Shown here: one piece after another, positions 21,013 through 33,296 of the stretch
Numbering within the stretch: the stretch's first letter is position 1
Layout of the letters: the number at the start of each line of letters is the position of its first letter
Assembly (NCBI RefSeq): GCF_009914755.1
Contig: NC_060936.1
Reading direction: 5' to 3' (one strand)
DNA length: 64,000 bases
Origin: the human T2T-CHM13v2.0 reference genome, Homo sapiens
Notes under the pieces: generated by a model
What the model was told of the DNA's origin: nothing
Seen by the model: only the letters and a program-made list of their open reading frames with translations
Databases searched by the model: none
Translations under genes and position numbers: made by a program

Positions 21013-21745
21013 ATGTAGTGAAAGTATGAATACATTTCTGTTTTTTTGCAAATGGATATTCAATTGGTTCAGCACTATTGGTTGAAAGGTTATCTTTTTT
21101 TTTTTTTTCTTTACTAAATTGCTTTTTTAGTGGACTGTCTTTTCCTTTGGTCTATTTGTGTTTCTTGATGTAAATTTCACACTATCTTAATTATTGTAGC
21201 TTTTTAAGTTCTCGTAAAATCAAGAGGTTTGATGCCTTCAGTTTTGTTCTTTTTGAAATCATTTTGGCTATCTTGGTTGTTTGCATATGTATGTAATATT
21301 TTGGATAAATTTTTAAATTTCTACCAAAAAGATCTACCAAAAAGAGGGTCCCCTTATCTTCCTTGAATCTCTGACACACCCCATAAGTGTTTATATCAGA
21401 TGCTTTTGTGAAGATGAGGGAACCTGCCCAGGGTCTTGTCTGGGCATGCCTGCCATAAACTGAGGGCCTGCCTGGGCACTGGGAGAATGAGTGGAGCCAC
21501 TGGGAATTGGTGCCTTATGTAGTTAGGAGAAGGCTGGCCTCTTCAGCTTGAGTGTGGTGGCCTGGTATTCAATGAGGTGTGAGCCTGTTGGCAGGACCCC
21601 GTTTTTCTTGGCTGAGAGTTTTCTTTTTGCCTAATAAATCTGTCCTTCTCACCCTTCAAAGTGTCCATGTGCCTAATTTTTCCTGGTTGTGAGGCAAGAA
21701 AGTGGATTTTAGCTAAACTAAGGAGCAAAATATCCCACATCATTT

Positions 21746-21763
21746 TGGTGGCCTGTATGGGGA
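21746..21763 (+). other. Retroviral primer-binding site, tRNA-Ile(AAT)
   Basis: TGGTGGCCTGTATGGGGA vs the tRNA-Ile 3' complement TGGTGGCCCGTACGGGGA: 16/18, both mismatches CpG>TpG. Confidence 0.75.
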
Positions 21764-22355
21764 CATGAGGAAGGGTGAATCAAATGCAGAATCCCCCACA
21801 AAACCTCTTTCCCTTTTGTTTCTCAGCTTTTTCTTGCCCTCAGACATCTTCTGAAGGTAGAGAAAACTGTGACCCTCCACTTCCGTTGCCTTGGGGATTG
21901 CGAATGTCAACCTCAGTCCAACCCAGTCTTTTCTGTGGCATTTTCCTTCTTTTGGGGGGGATTGTAATGGCACCTATCTTTTCTTTTACAATATTGGGGG
22001 TGTTCCACCACCACCCCAATGGTCACAGGCATGCATGCAAGACAGATAGGTGAGTGGTGACTCCCTGCCCACCTCCACCCAGCTGGGGCTGGGGCACCTG
22101 GCCCAAGGGCTCCACACAGCACGCTGGCCAGCATTCCCAGCAGCATCGAAAAGTTTCTCTCCAGTCCAACAGCAAGTAAAATTTCTCTCCCTGTTGGAGG
22201 AACACATTTGCATAAGAATAGGAGATTCTTCCCCCAGGCATCTTTCCAACTCTGTACTTAAGATGTTTTATTTTCTTTTCTTCACCCCATCAGCACTTAA
22301 CACATCCCTGCACTTTAAGCTGTATTTTTTCTTTTCTCCACCAGGTCAGGAGTTG

Positions 22356-22435
22356 GTGGGTTGGTGCAAAAGTAGTTGTGTTATTTGACATTACTTAGCA
22401 TGATGGGGACCATGAATGCTTTTGCACCAACCTAA
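22356..22435. mobile_element. MADE1 (Hsmar1-derived MITE)
   Basis: ggttggtgcaaaagta...ttttgcaccaacctaa inverted termini, ~80 bp. Confidence 0.85.
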
Positions 22436-22689
22436 TAACACGCTCCTGCAAGTAGAAGGGACTTCTCTATGCCAGAGGCCTTTTTTCCTTTGAGAAGACA
22501 TTATACTAGGCCAGGACTCAGTACACAAGACACCCTTTTCTCTCCCTTGTTGGAGGAGGACTCAGTTCCACAGCTTCACCTTAGCATTTGGCTTGTAAAG
22601 TGTCCACACAACCCGCCGAAGCAGTTCTTTTGTCCCAAACTCAATTCCAAGCTTTGAGTCGAAGCCCTAGGAAAGAAAACTCAATCTGG

Positions 22690-23310
22690 GGTATAGTGTT
22701 GAATAATATTCTATTGTCTAAATGTGCTACACTTTCTTTATCCATTCACCTACTGAAGAGCATCTTGATTGCTTCTGTTTTGGTAATTATGAAAAAGGTG
22801 TTACAGATATCAGGGCATAGGTTTTTTCGTGGATATAAGTTTTCAACTCTTTTGGGTGAATACTACACAGTGTGATGGCTGGGTCATATTGTAATAGTGA
22901 ATTTAGTTTTGTAAGACAAGGCTAACCTGTCTTTCAAAGTGGCCGTGCCATTTTGCATTTCCATAAAAATTAAATGAACATGCTTGTTGCCCTATATCCT
23001 CACCAGTATTTTGCATTGCCAGTGCTCTGGATTTTGGCCATTCTAATAGATGTGTGGTAGTATCGTGTTATTTTAGTTTGCATTGCCCTGATGACATTTG
23101 ATGCAGAACATCTTTTCATATGCTTATTTGACATTTGGCTATTTTTTGTGTGTCTGTTAAGCTATGTGGCCTATTTTTAATATTAAGTTATTTGCTTTCA
23201 TATTGTTGAGTTTTAAGAGTTGTTTGTATATTTTGGTAACAGTCCTTTATCAGATATGACTTTGCAGAAATTTCCTTTCAGCCTGTGGCTTGTCTTTTTA
23301 TTTTGCTGAC
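22690..23310 (-). mobile_element. Old L1M ORF2 C-terminal/3' fragment
   Basis: Degenerate L1 sequence (tatccattcacctactgaag, gccattctaatag, tttatcagatatg). Confidence 0.65.
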
Positions 23311-24416
23311 TTTTTTTTTAACTGTACAAAGCTTACACATTAGTCAGATTTATTACTAAATATTTAATGTTTTGAATCTATTCAGTGGTGTATTTTTAGA
23401 AGAATCCAGTTATACTCTAACTCTCCCAGAGTTATATTAGAAATACTATATAACACTCCCAGAGATATGTTAGAAATAACATATCTAAACTCATCATGAG
23501 GCCAACATTACTTTGAAAACATATCCATCTCTCATGAATATAGCTACAACAATTCTTAATAAAATTTCAGAAAATCAAATCTGCAAATATAAAAAGAGGA
23601 AACATTAATGTTACCACATTATAAGAAATCAATGTAATTCTCAAGGCTACACTAGATTCAAAATATGGAGAAGTATATGTAAATTCTATCTCTTTGTAAG
23701 GATGAGCTGGCAAATATCAGAGTGATATTTGCAATTAATCACAAGATAGTATCCCCCTGTTGAAGGGTGTGAAGTAACACACTAGAAGGGGCAGGTTGAT
23801 GAATATAGAGCCATTGTATAATCTCCACCCTTTTTCCTTAATACTCCAATTTTTTGAAAGAGAAATAAACTTATAGCTTATTCAGGTTGCATTGATTTTG
23901 TGATTTATGATCCTCATAATTTTCAAGAACAATCCTTGTAAATATGCTATTTCTGTGTGGATCCTTCCTCCACTCCTTGATGCTGGATGCTTCTCCCATA
24001 CCGCAGATTTGAGGTTTACTTCCCAGAAAGTGTAAAGCGGAGGGTTTCTAGACTTGGAGACATAATGTACAGAAGATGAGTGGTTTTATACCAAAACTAT
24101 GCGACTAAATTCCATATTCTGAACATATGTGAGATGTCCCAGGACTCCTCCCTCATTTGACAATTTTTGCTTCACATATTTTAATGGTCTGTGATTAAGT
24201 GTGTGAATGTTTATAATTGTTTTATCTTCTTGTGGTATTAAAACTTTTATTGATATGTCCTCCTTTTTTCTTGTTATTTTTAAAAATTTAAAGTCTATTT
24301 TTCTGATGTTAGTGGAGCCACTCCTGCCTTCTTTTAATTACTTTTCTATCATTTCACTTTTAATCTATTTCTCTCTTTAGATCTAAAGTGAGTTCCTTGT
24401 AGGAAAGTATATAGTT

Positions 24417-25378
24417 GTGAACCATGCTTCAAGGGGTTAAAAAAATTAATAAATTCTTGGGCTTACTGCATAGCAGATAAGAAGAGAAACAACTTACTAA
24501 AACTGTGCCCCGAAAGTAAGAAACTAGTAATTAATAGAAATTATTGAGTTTTCAGGATAGCAGACAAGAAAATAAACAACTTGATGAAATGCTGAAACTC
24601 TCTCCGCTGTAAGATAAAGAAAAAATTTGCTGAAGTCAGTTGGAACCAAGACGGCTGTATTAGTCCATTTTCATGCTGCTCATAAAAACGTACTTGAGAT
24701 GGGGTAATTTATAAAGAAAAAGAGGTTTGATGGACTCACATTCTCAGTCTCACAGTTCCACATGGCTGGGGCGGCATCACAGTCACGGTGGAAGGTGAAA
24801 GGCACAAGCAAGCAAAAGTGGTTTCTCCATTATAAAACCATCAGATCTCATGAGACTTATTCACTACCACAAGAACAGTATGGGAGAACCACCCCCACAA
24901 TTCAATTATCTCCCACCGGGTCCCTCCCGCAACATATGGGAATTATGGGAGCTACAATTCGAGATGAGATTTGGGTAGGGACACAGCAAAACCATATCAG
25001 TGGCCAACTAGAGTTTGCACATAATGAGCTTGCTGATGTCACGACAGCCTTAATTTCCGCTGCATGTTTTATACTAACTCCCCCTGAATTTGCATATGCA
25101 ATGCATGAGGTAGTATGAAGAGATAACTGCACATACCAAAGGACTTTCCAGACCTCCTCTTTCCTTTCATCAATCACCTGCTAATTTCAGAATTAACACC
25201 CTAAACCTTTTCTAATGAGATTACTGCCTTAAAGCCAGCACAGGGAGGAAGACTTGAACTCAACTCCTGTCTCCTTATGAATCAACTTGGCAATAAAAAG
25301 CTTTTCTTTTCTCAAAAACCTGGTGTCATAGTATCGGCTTTTAGTGCATCAAGCAGCAAACCACTTTTGTTTCAGAAA
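24417..25378 (+). mobile_element. Solo LTR (LTR47-like, uncertain) interrupted by THE1
   Basis: aataaaaagcttttc signal near 25291; host L1 resumes on both sides. Confidence 0.55.
24656..24999 (-). mobile_element. THE1 solo LTR
   Basis: tgtattagtcc...accatatca termini; degenerate 5-bp TSD acggc/gtggc. Confidence 0.9.
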
Positions 25379-28300
25379 AATTGAATCTTTTTTTGTTTTT
25401 TTCTTCCATTCCGTCAGTATCTATTTTTTTGATTGGAGAGTTTAATCATGTACATTTAAAGTAAGAATGGGCTTATTTCTGTTACTTTATTATTTCTATA
25501 TGCCTTATAGTTTTTAAAAATCCTATTTTTCCTGCAGTACTTTTTTTTGGTGTTTAGCCTTTTTTTTTTTTCTACTGAAACATTTACATCCCTTTCCCAT
25601 TTAACTTTTTCATGTATATTCTTTAGTTATATTTTTGTGGTTACCATGGGAATTACCTCTAATATTCTAAACTTTTAATATTTATACCAGCTGATTTAAA
25701 TTTATACCAGCTTCAATAACACACAAATTCAATAACATACAAAAGCTCAGCTTCTTTAACAGATCCATCTCCACACCTTTCAGTTGCTGACATAAAATTA
25801 CATTTTTATACATCGTGTTTCCAAAAAATAAACTAATGATTTTCTAATGCATCGACCTCTTAAACATTTTTCTAATATATTATTCTCTTGAATCATGTAG
25901 AAAACAAAAAGTGGAGTTACACATCATTGTTACAATAATACTAGCTTTTATAATTTCCTATGTATTTACTTTTACTGAGATTTTTACCTTTTTATATGGC
26001 TCTGAATTACTCTCAAGTGTCTTTTATTTCAGCACTTTAGCATTTCTTGCAGGGGCAGGTCTAGCGGTTACAAACTTCGTTGATTTTTATTGTCTGGAAA
26101 TATATTTATTTTGCTCTCATTTTTGAAAGATAATTTTACCAGATATATGATTCTTGATTGACAATAGTTTAAAAAAAATCTTTTAGCACTTTTAATATAT
26201 CAACCCACCATTTTCTGACTTCCAAAGATTCTGATAAAAAGTCTTATAATCTTATTAAGTATAACTTTTAAGTGACTAGCCCCTTTTCTTTTGTTGATTT
26301 CAAAATTCTTCTTTGGCTTTGTCTTTCAATGGTTTGATTATAACATTCCTCAGCTGAGTCTCTGAGTTCATTTTTCTCGGAGTTTGTTGAGCATCTTGCA
26401 TGTTTATGTTCATGTTCTTCACCAAAGTTGGGGTTTTTGGCCATTATTTGTTTGCGTATTCTCTCTGCCTCTTTCTGTCTTCTCCTCCTGGAACTCCCAT
26501 AGTGCATATGTTTGTCTGCTTACTAGTGTCCCACAAACTGTTTAGGATTTTTTCACTTTCCTTCAGTCTATTTTCCTCTTCCTCAGATTGAATAATTTTT
26601 ATGGCTCTATCTTTAAATTTGTTGATTCTTTCTTCTGCCTGCTCAAATATACCTTTGAATCCCTCCAGTGAATTTTTCATTTTAATTTTACTTTTTAGCC
26701 CCAGAATTTCTTTTTGATCTCTTTTTGTTTTCCATTCCTCTATTGACATTTTAATTTTGTTCATCTATTATTTTCTTGACTTTCTCCATTTCTTCTTTAG
26801 CTTGATGAATATCTTTAAGACGTTGTTTTACAGTCTTTGTCTATTAGATCTGCTATCATGCTGTTTTCAAGAAGGTTTCTGTCGCTTTATTTTTTTCCCC
26901 TTTGAATACACCATACTTTCCTGTCTCTTTTATGCCTTGTAATTTTTTTAGTGTTGAAAACTAAACATTTGAATCTAATGTTCTAAGTCTAGAAATGAGA
27001 TTCTCCCCTTTACCCAGATTTTGTTGTTGTTGTATATGTTTTATTTTGTTTTTGCTTTTTTGATTGTTTTATGTTGTCTTGGTGCCAAGGATTAGCCTGA
27101 GGTGTAAAATTAAGGTTTTCTCAGATTTTTATTGAGCCTGCACCTCACCCTGAACATCTGTGGTGACTTTTTAATTTCCCTCATGTATGCTGTTGCTTTG
27201 GAATGTTATAGTTATCCTGATCTGGCGCCCAAAAGAGAAAAAAACAGAAAATCGACTACAGAATGAAAAGAGAAAGGATGCTGGTTCTTCCACTCTTCCA
27301 GAAGTCACTTTATGCAGAAAGGAGGAGCTTGCCACAAGTAAGGGAAGTGCAACAACAGTGGCCATGTTTCTTTGTCTGTGCCTGTGATCAGAAGCAGCTT
27401 TTAGTAATTAGAGCACAGATCTTGGCTATTTGGAGCAGAGTTCTTTTTGCCTACTTTGGCTCCTGCAAACTGTGTGTATGTTGCTCCAGGAACACATGCA
27501 TAGCTGCCTGCCATGGGACTGACGGAATAGGAGATAGGTAGCTAGCTACTACTGTGCTAAGAGGTGAAAGTGACCAGAAATAACCGTAATTCACCATCCA
27601 AGTCTTCTCCCTGGAAGTTGCAAGGCTTTAATAGACTCCAGTGTTTCAAAATGCTTAAAATCAGATAGAGTGTGACAATGCAATGATTGTCTAGGTAGGA
27701 AGACAGATCGATTTTGGATGCTTCCTGATCCACTATCTTCCTAGAATGTTAAGTATTTATTCCTTTTTGAGTAAATTGGGAGGATTTTATCTTCTAAGGG
27801 ATTATTTTATTTTACTTCATTTATGTCACTGAACTTTTTTGGCACTGTTTTTAGTAGTCCCTAATAACCTTTTAATATCTGTGGATCTGTAGTGATGCCA
27901 TCTTATTCTTGATACTGGTTAATTTGTGGTCTCTTTATTTCATCTTCGATTAGTTTAGATTTTTGTCAATTTTTACTGATGTTTTCATATAGCTTTTTGT
28001 ATGTAATAATTTTCTCTACTTTTTAAAAATTTTGGTGATGTCCACTCTTATCTTTCATCTACTCTTATCTTGTTGCCTTCCTTCTGCTTATTTTGTGTTT
28101 TCTTTCTTCTTATTTTTTCTAGTTTCTTAATATAGAAGCTCAATTATATTCAATTTATCTTTTTATTTTATTTATTCAGTAATTGCTATAAATTTCTCTT
28201 TAAGCCCTGCTTTAGCTTCATCTAAATAATTTTGATGTAATTTTTTCAATATTATTTAATTTATTTTAATTACTTTTTAAAGTTCTTGTTTTGACCTATC

Positions 28301-28719
28301 CTTTTAAAAAAGTTTCTAATTAAATGTTGTGTGATAGAAAAACATACACTGAAAGATTTAATTATTTTAAAATGTATTAAAATTTGTATATGGCTTAGGA
28401 TATGTTTTATTCAGCATTCTATGTGTAATTTAAAATAGTGTTGCTGTTGAAAGAATTCAGTTGTTGAATGCAGTATTCTACAAATATCAGTTAGACTAAA
28501 GTAGTTGATACTATCATTTGGCTCTTCTATATTAGTAATGATTTTTTTTTCTGTTTGTTTTATATTTTACTAAGAAAGGCATGTTATAGTCCCTATCTAT
28601 TACTGTGATTTTAATTATTTTCCTCTTTTCACCTGTCAGGTTTTGCTTCACACATTTTATGCTCAGTTACTAGAGACATTTATATTTACAGTTGTTGAAT
28701 TTTACTGCACTATTGATCC

Positions 28720-28994
28720 AATGCTAGGTGGGGTAGATGCCCCTAAATTCTTGAGTCTGGACACCAGCTTGAGTCATTTGGGTATAACGTTCTACTTCTA
28801 ATGCCCAGGCAGCAACCTTTACTGTGTTGTTCCAATTACAGGCAGATATCTGGATTAATCACACTGAGGAATTGGGAGGAGCTGTAGAACTGGATACAGT
28901 GGCAAGGGTGGCTGAGCTCTGCTTCTGGTATAAAAGTTAAACTTATATTCAAAATGGATGCTGAGGCAAAATAAAATTATAATAATTCACTGCA
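28720..28994 (-). mobile_element. ERV1-type LTR fragment
   Basis: Reverse strand begins TGCAGTGAATT...GCATCCATTTTG, resembling MER4-group LTR termini; family unresolved. Confidence 0.4.
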
Positions 28995-29843
28995 TCACCA
29001 TCCCCCAAAATTTCAATGATTATTTTTTAGCAGAATATATTCTCTTACATAATCCTTAATACAACCATGAAAATCAGGAGACCAATGTTATTACATTATC
29101 ATCTAAACCTTGGACTCTATTCAAGTTGCCTCAAATTTCCCAGTAATACATTTTTATATCAAAAGGATCTGTATTAGAAGCAGATACTGCATCCACTTGT
29201 CATTTTTCTTTATTCTCTTTCAGTATGAAACACTCTGTTTGTCTTTCTAACTTTTATGACATTGAAAATTTTTAAGATCATTGACCAGGTACTTTATAAA
29301 ATATTCATTAATTTGGATTTGTCTGCAGTGCCCTTATGATTAGATTCACTTTGCACATCTGTTGCAGGACTATCACAGAAGCGATACTGTCTTCTCATTG
29401 TAGGTGGCACATGAATTCATTTTGTCATGTCCTTGAAAATTCTCATTTAACCCCTTTATGCAGATGTTTCTGCTAGAATTGTCATATACAAAGTGAAACA
29501 TTATTTATTTTGAAATTAAATAAACAAATACAGATGAAGTAATAAAGTAGATCAGTGTAAAATGACATCCTATATTATTCAAGTGGTTACACTATTTTAC
29601 TGTCAATCTCGATGCTCAAATTTTCCTAAGTTTGGCCTGTGGGATCCCCTCCAGCTGGTTTCTATGTATAAGTGACAAGTGCATAATGAAATAAATAATT
29701 GAATAAAGAAATGCATTCATACATTTATAAATAAATAAATAGAAAATTTTTATGAGCAATTAGGTATTTTCAAGATGTAAAATACAATCCTTGTTAACTG
29801 TATGAAATTATTATTTAAAAACAACAATAAAAATATAAAAATC

Positions 29844-31625
29844 CTTGCTTTTGTTGCAATTACTGCTGGCGATTTTGTCATAAAATTTTTGTCTGTGCCT
29901 ATGTCCTGAATGGTATTGCCTAGATTTTCTTCTAGGATTTGAATAGTTTTGGGATTTATATTTAAGTCTTTAATGTGTGCTGAGTTAAATTTTGCATGAG
30001 GTGTAAGGCAGGGGTCCACTTTCAATTTTCTGCATATGACTAGCCAGTACTCCCAGCAACATTTATTAAATAGGGGACCCTTTCCCTATTGCTTGTTTTT
30101 GTCAGGTTTCTCAAAGACCAGATGGTTGTAGACATGTGTTCTTATTTCTGAGTTGTCTGTTCTGTTCCATTGTTCTAGGTGTCTGTTTTCATACCAGTAC
30201 CATGCTGTTTTGGTTACTGTAGGCTTGTAGTATAGTTTGAAATCTGGTAGCATGATGTCTCTAGCTTTGTTCTTTCTCTTTAGGATTGTCTTGGCTATAC
30301 AAGCTCTTTTTTAGTTCCAAATGAATTTTAAAATAGCTTCTTCTAATTCTGTGAAGAATGTCAATGGTAGTTTAATGGGAAGAGCACTGAATGTGTAAAT
30401 TGCTTTGGGCAGTATGGCCATATTCACGATATTGATTCTTCCTATCCATGAGCATGGAATGTTTTTCCATATGTTTGTGTCCTCTCTGATTTCCTTGAGC
30501 AGTGGTTTGTAGTTCTCCTTGAAGAGGTTCTTCACTTCCCTTGTTAGCTGTATTCCTAGGTATTTTATTCCCTTCGTAGCAATTGTGAATGGGAGTTCAT
30601 TCATGATTTGACTACTAAGAGCTTCTGCACACCAAAAGAGACTATCATCAGAGCAAACGGGCAACCTACAGAGTGGGAGAAAATTTTTGCGATTTGTCCA
30701 TCTGACAAAGGTCTCATATTCAGAATCTACAAGGAACTTAAACAAATTTATAAGAAAAATAAAAACAACCCAATTAAAAAATAGGCAAATGACATGAACA
30801 GACTCTTCTCAAAAGAAGACATTCATTCAGCCAACAAACATGAAATAAAGCTCAACATCACTGACCATTAGAGAAATGGAAATCAAAACCACAATGAGAT
30901 ACCATCTCACACCAGTCAGAATAGCAATTATTAAAAAATCAAGAAACAACAGATGCTGGTGAGGTTGCAGAGAAATAGGAACATTTTTACACTGTTGGTG
31001 GGAATGTAAATTAGTTCAAGTATTGTGGAAGATGGTGTGGTGATTCCTCAAAGATCTAGAAGCAGAAATGCCATTTGACCTAGCAATCCCATTACTGGGT
31101 TTATACCCAAAGGAATAAAAATCATTCTATTACAAAGATACATGCACATATATGTTCATTGCTGCGCTATTCACAATAGCAAAGACATGGAATCAACCCA
31201 AATGCCCATCAATGATAGACCAGATAAAGAAAATGTGGTCCATACATACCATGTAATACTATGCACCATAAAAAGGAATGAGATCATGTTCTTTGCAGGA
31301 ACGTGGATGGAGCTGGAAGCTGTCATCCTCAGCAAACTAACGCAGAAACAGAAAACCAAACACCCCACGTTCTCACCTATAAGTGGGAGCTGAATAATGA
31401 GAACACATGGGCACAGGGAGGGGAACAACACATGCTAGGGCCTGCCAGTGTCCTGGGGTGGGGTCGGGGGAGGGAGAGTTTTAGGAAAAATAGCTAATGC
31501 ATGCTGGGCTTAATACCTAGGTGATGGGTTGATAAGTGCAGCAAATCACTATGGCACACGTTTACCTATATAACAAACCTGCACATCCTGCACATGTACC
31601 CCGGAACATAAAATAAAAATAAACA
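29844..31625 (+). mobile_element. 5'-truncated, 5'-inverted (twin-primed) L1PA
   Basis: 29844-30612 is antisense ORF2; ~30615-31625 is sense ORF2 end, 3'UTR and A tail; the two parts are nearly contiguous in L1 coordinates. Confidence 0.92.
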
Positions 31626-32632
31626 TTAAAAAAGTATATATATAAATCTTATTTCAGCTTCTGCAATATTGTTGTTATACCGTACCACTAGGATGTATAC
31701 TGTCTTCTTCACTATACCTTTCAACTTTGGTACTTTGCCTTCCATCTGCAGCATAAGATAATTGGATTCAGGACAATATGAGGATAAATATATAATTATG
31801 AGAAATAAGTGGTTCATTAATAGAGAAAGCAATGCTATTCCCTATTCTTGCTTTTATTATTTTTTTCCTGAATTCAATATTTAGCTTATTTTAATTTTGT
31901 AAAATAAAAGCATTTAAAATATATAATATTTTCAATGTTGGCATATCTTTTCATAATTTTATATGTTACTATATAACATTATTTCATAATTATACAAAAT
32001 TGCAGATTTTATTTGCTATTGGATTCAAGAGTTTTTTATAAGGTTTTGTTTGTTTTTGTTTTTAAATTTGTTAGTTCCCTTTTCCTTTTTTCTCCTTTTG
32101 TAATTATTTTTCTGTTTTATTATAATTTTTTCAGAAAATTCAATCTTTACCACATAGTTTTATCTCATAAGTGTTACTTTTTAATAATGTGTGACTAAAT
32201 TAATAATTTTAATTGAGATTTTGGGGAAGTTTTTTTCGTTTGTATGGTAAATTTTTTAATATTCAAGTAACAAAAACTTTTTGAATTTTCCTATTTTCTA
32301 CATTTCCTTATTAATTTTTTCCACTTGTTCTGTTGCCAGTGAGAAGCATATATAGATATTTTCTAATACGATTTTTATTATAGTCAATTTCTCCTTTTAT
32401 GTAATAAAGTTAACACATATTTTGCCATGCTGTTTATAATGATACATTTTTATTACTGTTTTTTTCTATTGTATATTGCACCAAGAAGAAGAAAAATACG
32501 GCTATTTTTGAAGACTTATTTAACAATGAAAATTTATTTTGACAGCCAGGATTGTGAGACTAGAATGAGAAATTTAAAGGAATTGACAAATCTTTTGTTT
32601 TGGATTTTTTTTCCCACTCTAAAATAAGATAG

Positions 32633-32900
32633 GATGTTCTCACTCATAAGTGGGTCTTAAGCTATGAGGATGCAAAGGCATAAGAATGATACAATGGACT
32701 TTGGGGACTTGGGGAAAAGGGTGGGAAGGGGGTGAGGGATAAAAGACTACAAATTGGGCTCAATGTATATTGCTTAGTAAATGGGTGCACCAAAATCTCA
32801 CAAATCACCACTGAAGAACTTACTCATGTAACCAAATACTACCTGTTCCCCAAAAACATACGGAAATAAAAAATTAAAAAATTGATAAATAAAATTAAAA
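32633..32900 (+). mobile_element. L1PB-like 3' end
   Basis: gctatgaggatgcaaaggcataagaatgatacaatggactttgggga and A-rich tail; another short L1 3' end follows at ~32915-33015. Confidence 0.8.
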
Positions 32901-33019
32901 AGTACTTAGCAGGGACTACTCTTATCATCTAGGTGACAAAATAATCTGTATACCAAACTTCTCCGAAACAATTTACCTATATAACAAACCTGCACGTGTA
33001 CCCCTCAATTTATAATAGT

Positions 33020-33296
33020 TTTTTGTTTGTTTGTTTGAGACGGAGTCTCGCTCAGCCGCCCAGGCTGGAGTGCAGTGGCGCGATTTCGGCTCACTGCAAC
33101 CACTGTCTCCTGGGTTCAAGCGATTCTGCCGTCTCAGCCTCCTGAGTAGCTGGGATTACAGGCACTCGCAATCATGCCCGGAGACGGGGTTTCACTATAT
33201 TGGCCAGGCTGGTCTTGCACTCCTGACCTCAGGTGATCAGCCGGCCTCGGCCTCCCAAAGTGCTGGGATTACAGGCTTGAGCCATTGCACCTGGCC
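33020..33296 (-). mobile_element. Alu (AluS) lacking the inter-monomer linker
   Basis: TSD aatagtttt; arms joined directly at 33180/33181. Confidence 0.9.

Larger units (their letters stand above)
21345..22690 (+). mobile_element. ERV1-class LTR (MER61/LTR9-like, ends 21742) plus leader/internal fragment
   Basis: AATAAA at ~21633; LTR end ...aaggagcaaaatatcccacatca; PBS follows; outer boundaries approximate. Confidence 0.75.
24160..27730 (-). mobile_element. Old L1 (L1MC/MD-like) 5' region with ORF1 remnant, interrupted by LTRs
   Basis: 26444-26764 translates to EILGLKSK..KNSLEGF..EQAEERI..LWDT..TNICTMGVPG (ORF1p-like); EN N-terminus near 24160-24410. Confidence 0.75.

Noticed and set aside
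21746-21763. tRNA-like sequence
   Set aside because: Only an 18-nt PBS, not a tRNA gene.
21740-22657. Cluster of overlapping ORFs in a GC-richer patch
   Set aside because: ERV leader sequence with no recognisable gag/pol motifs.
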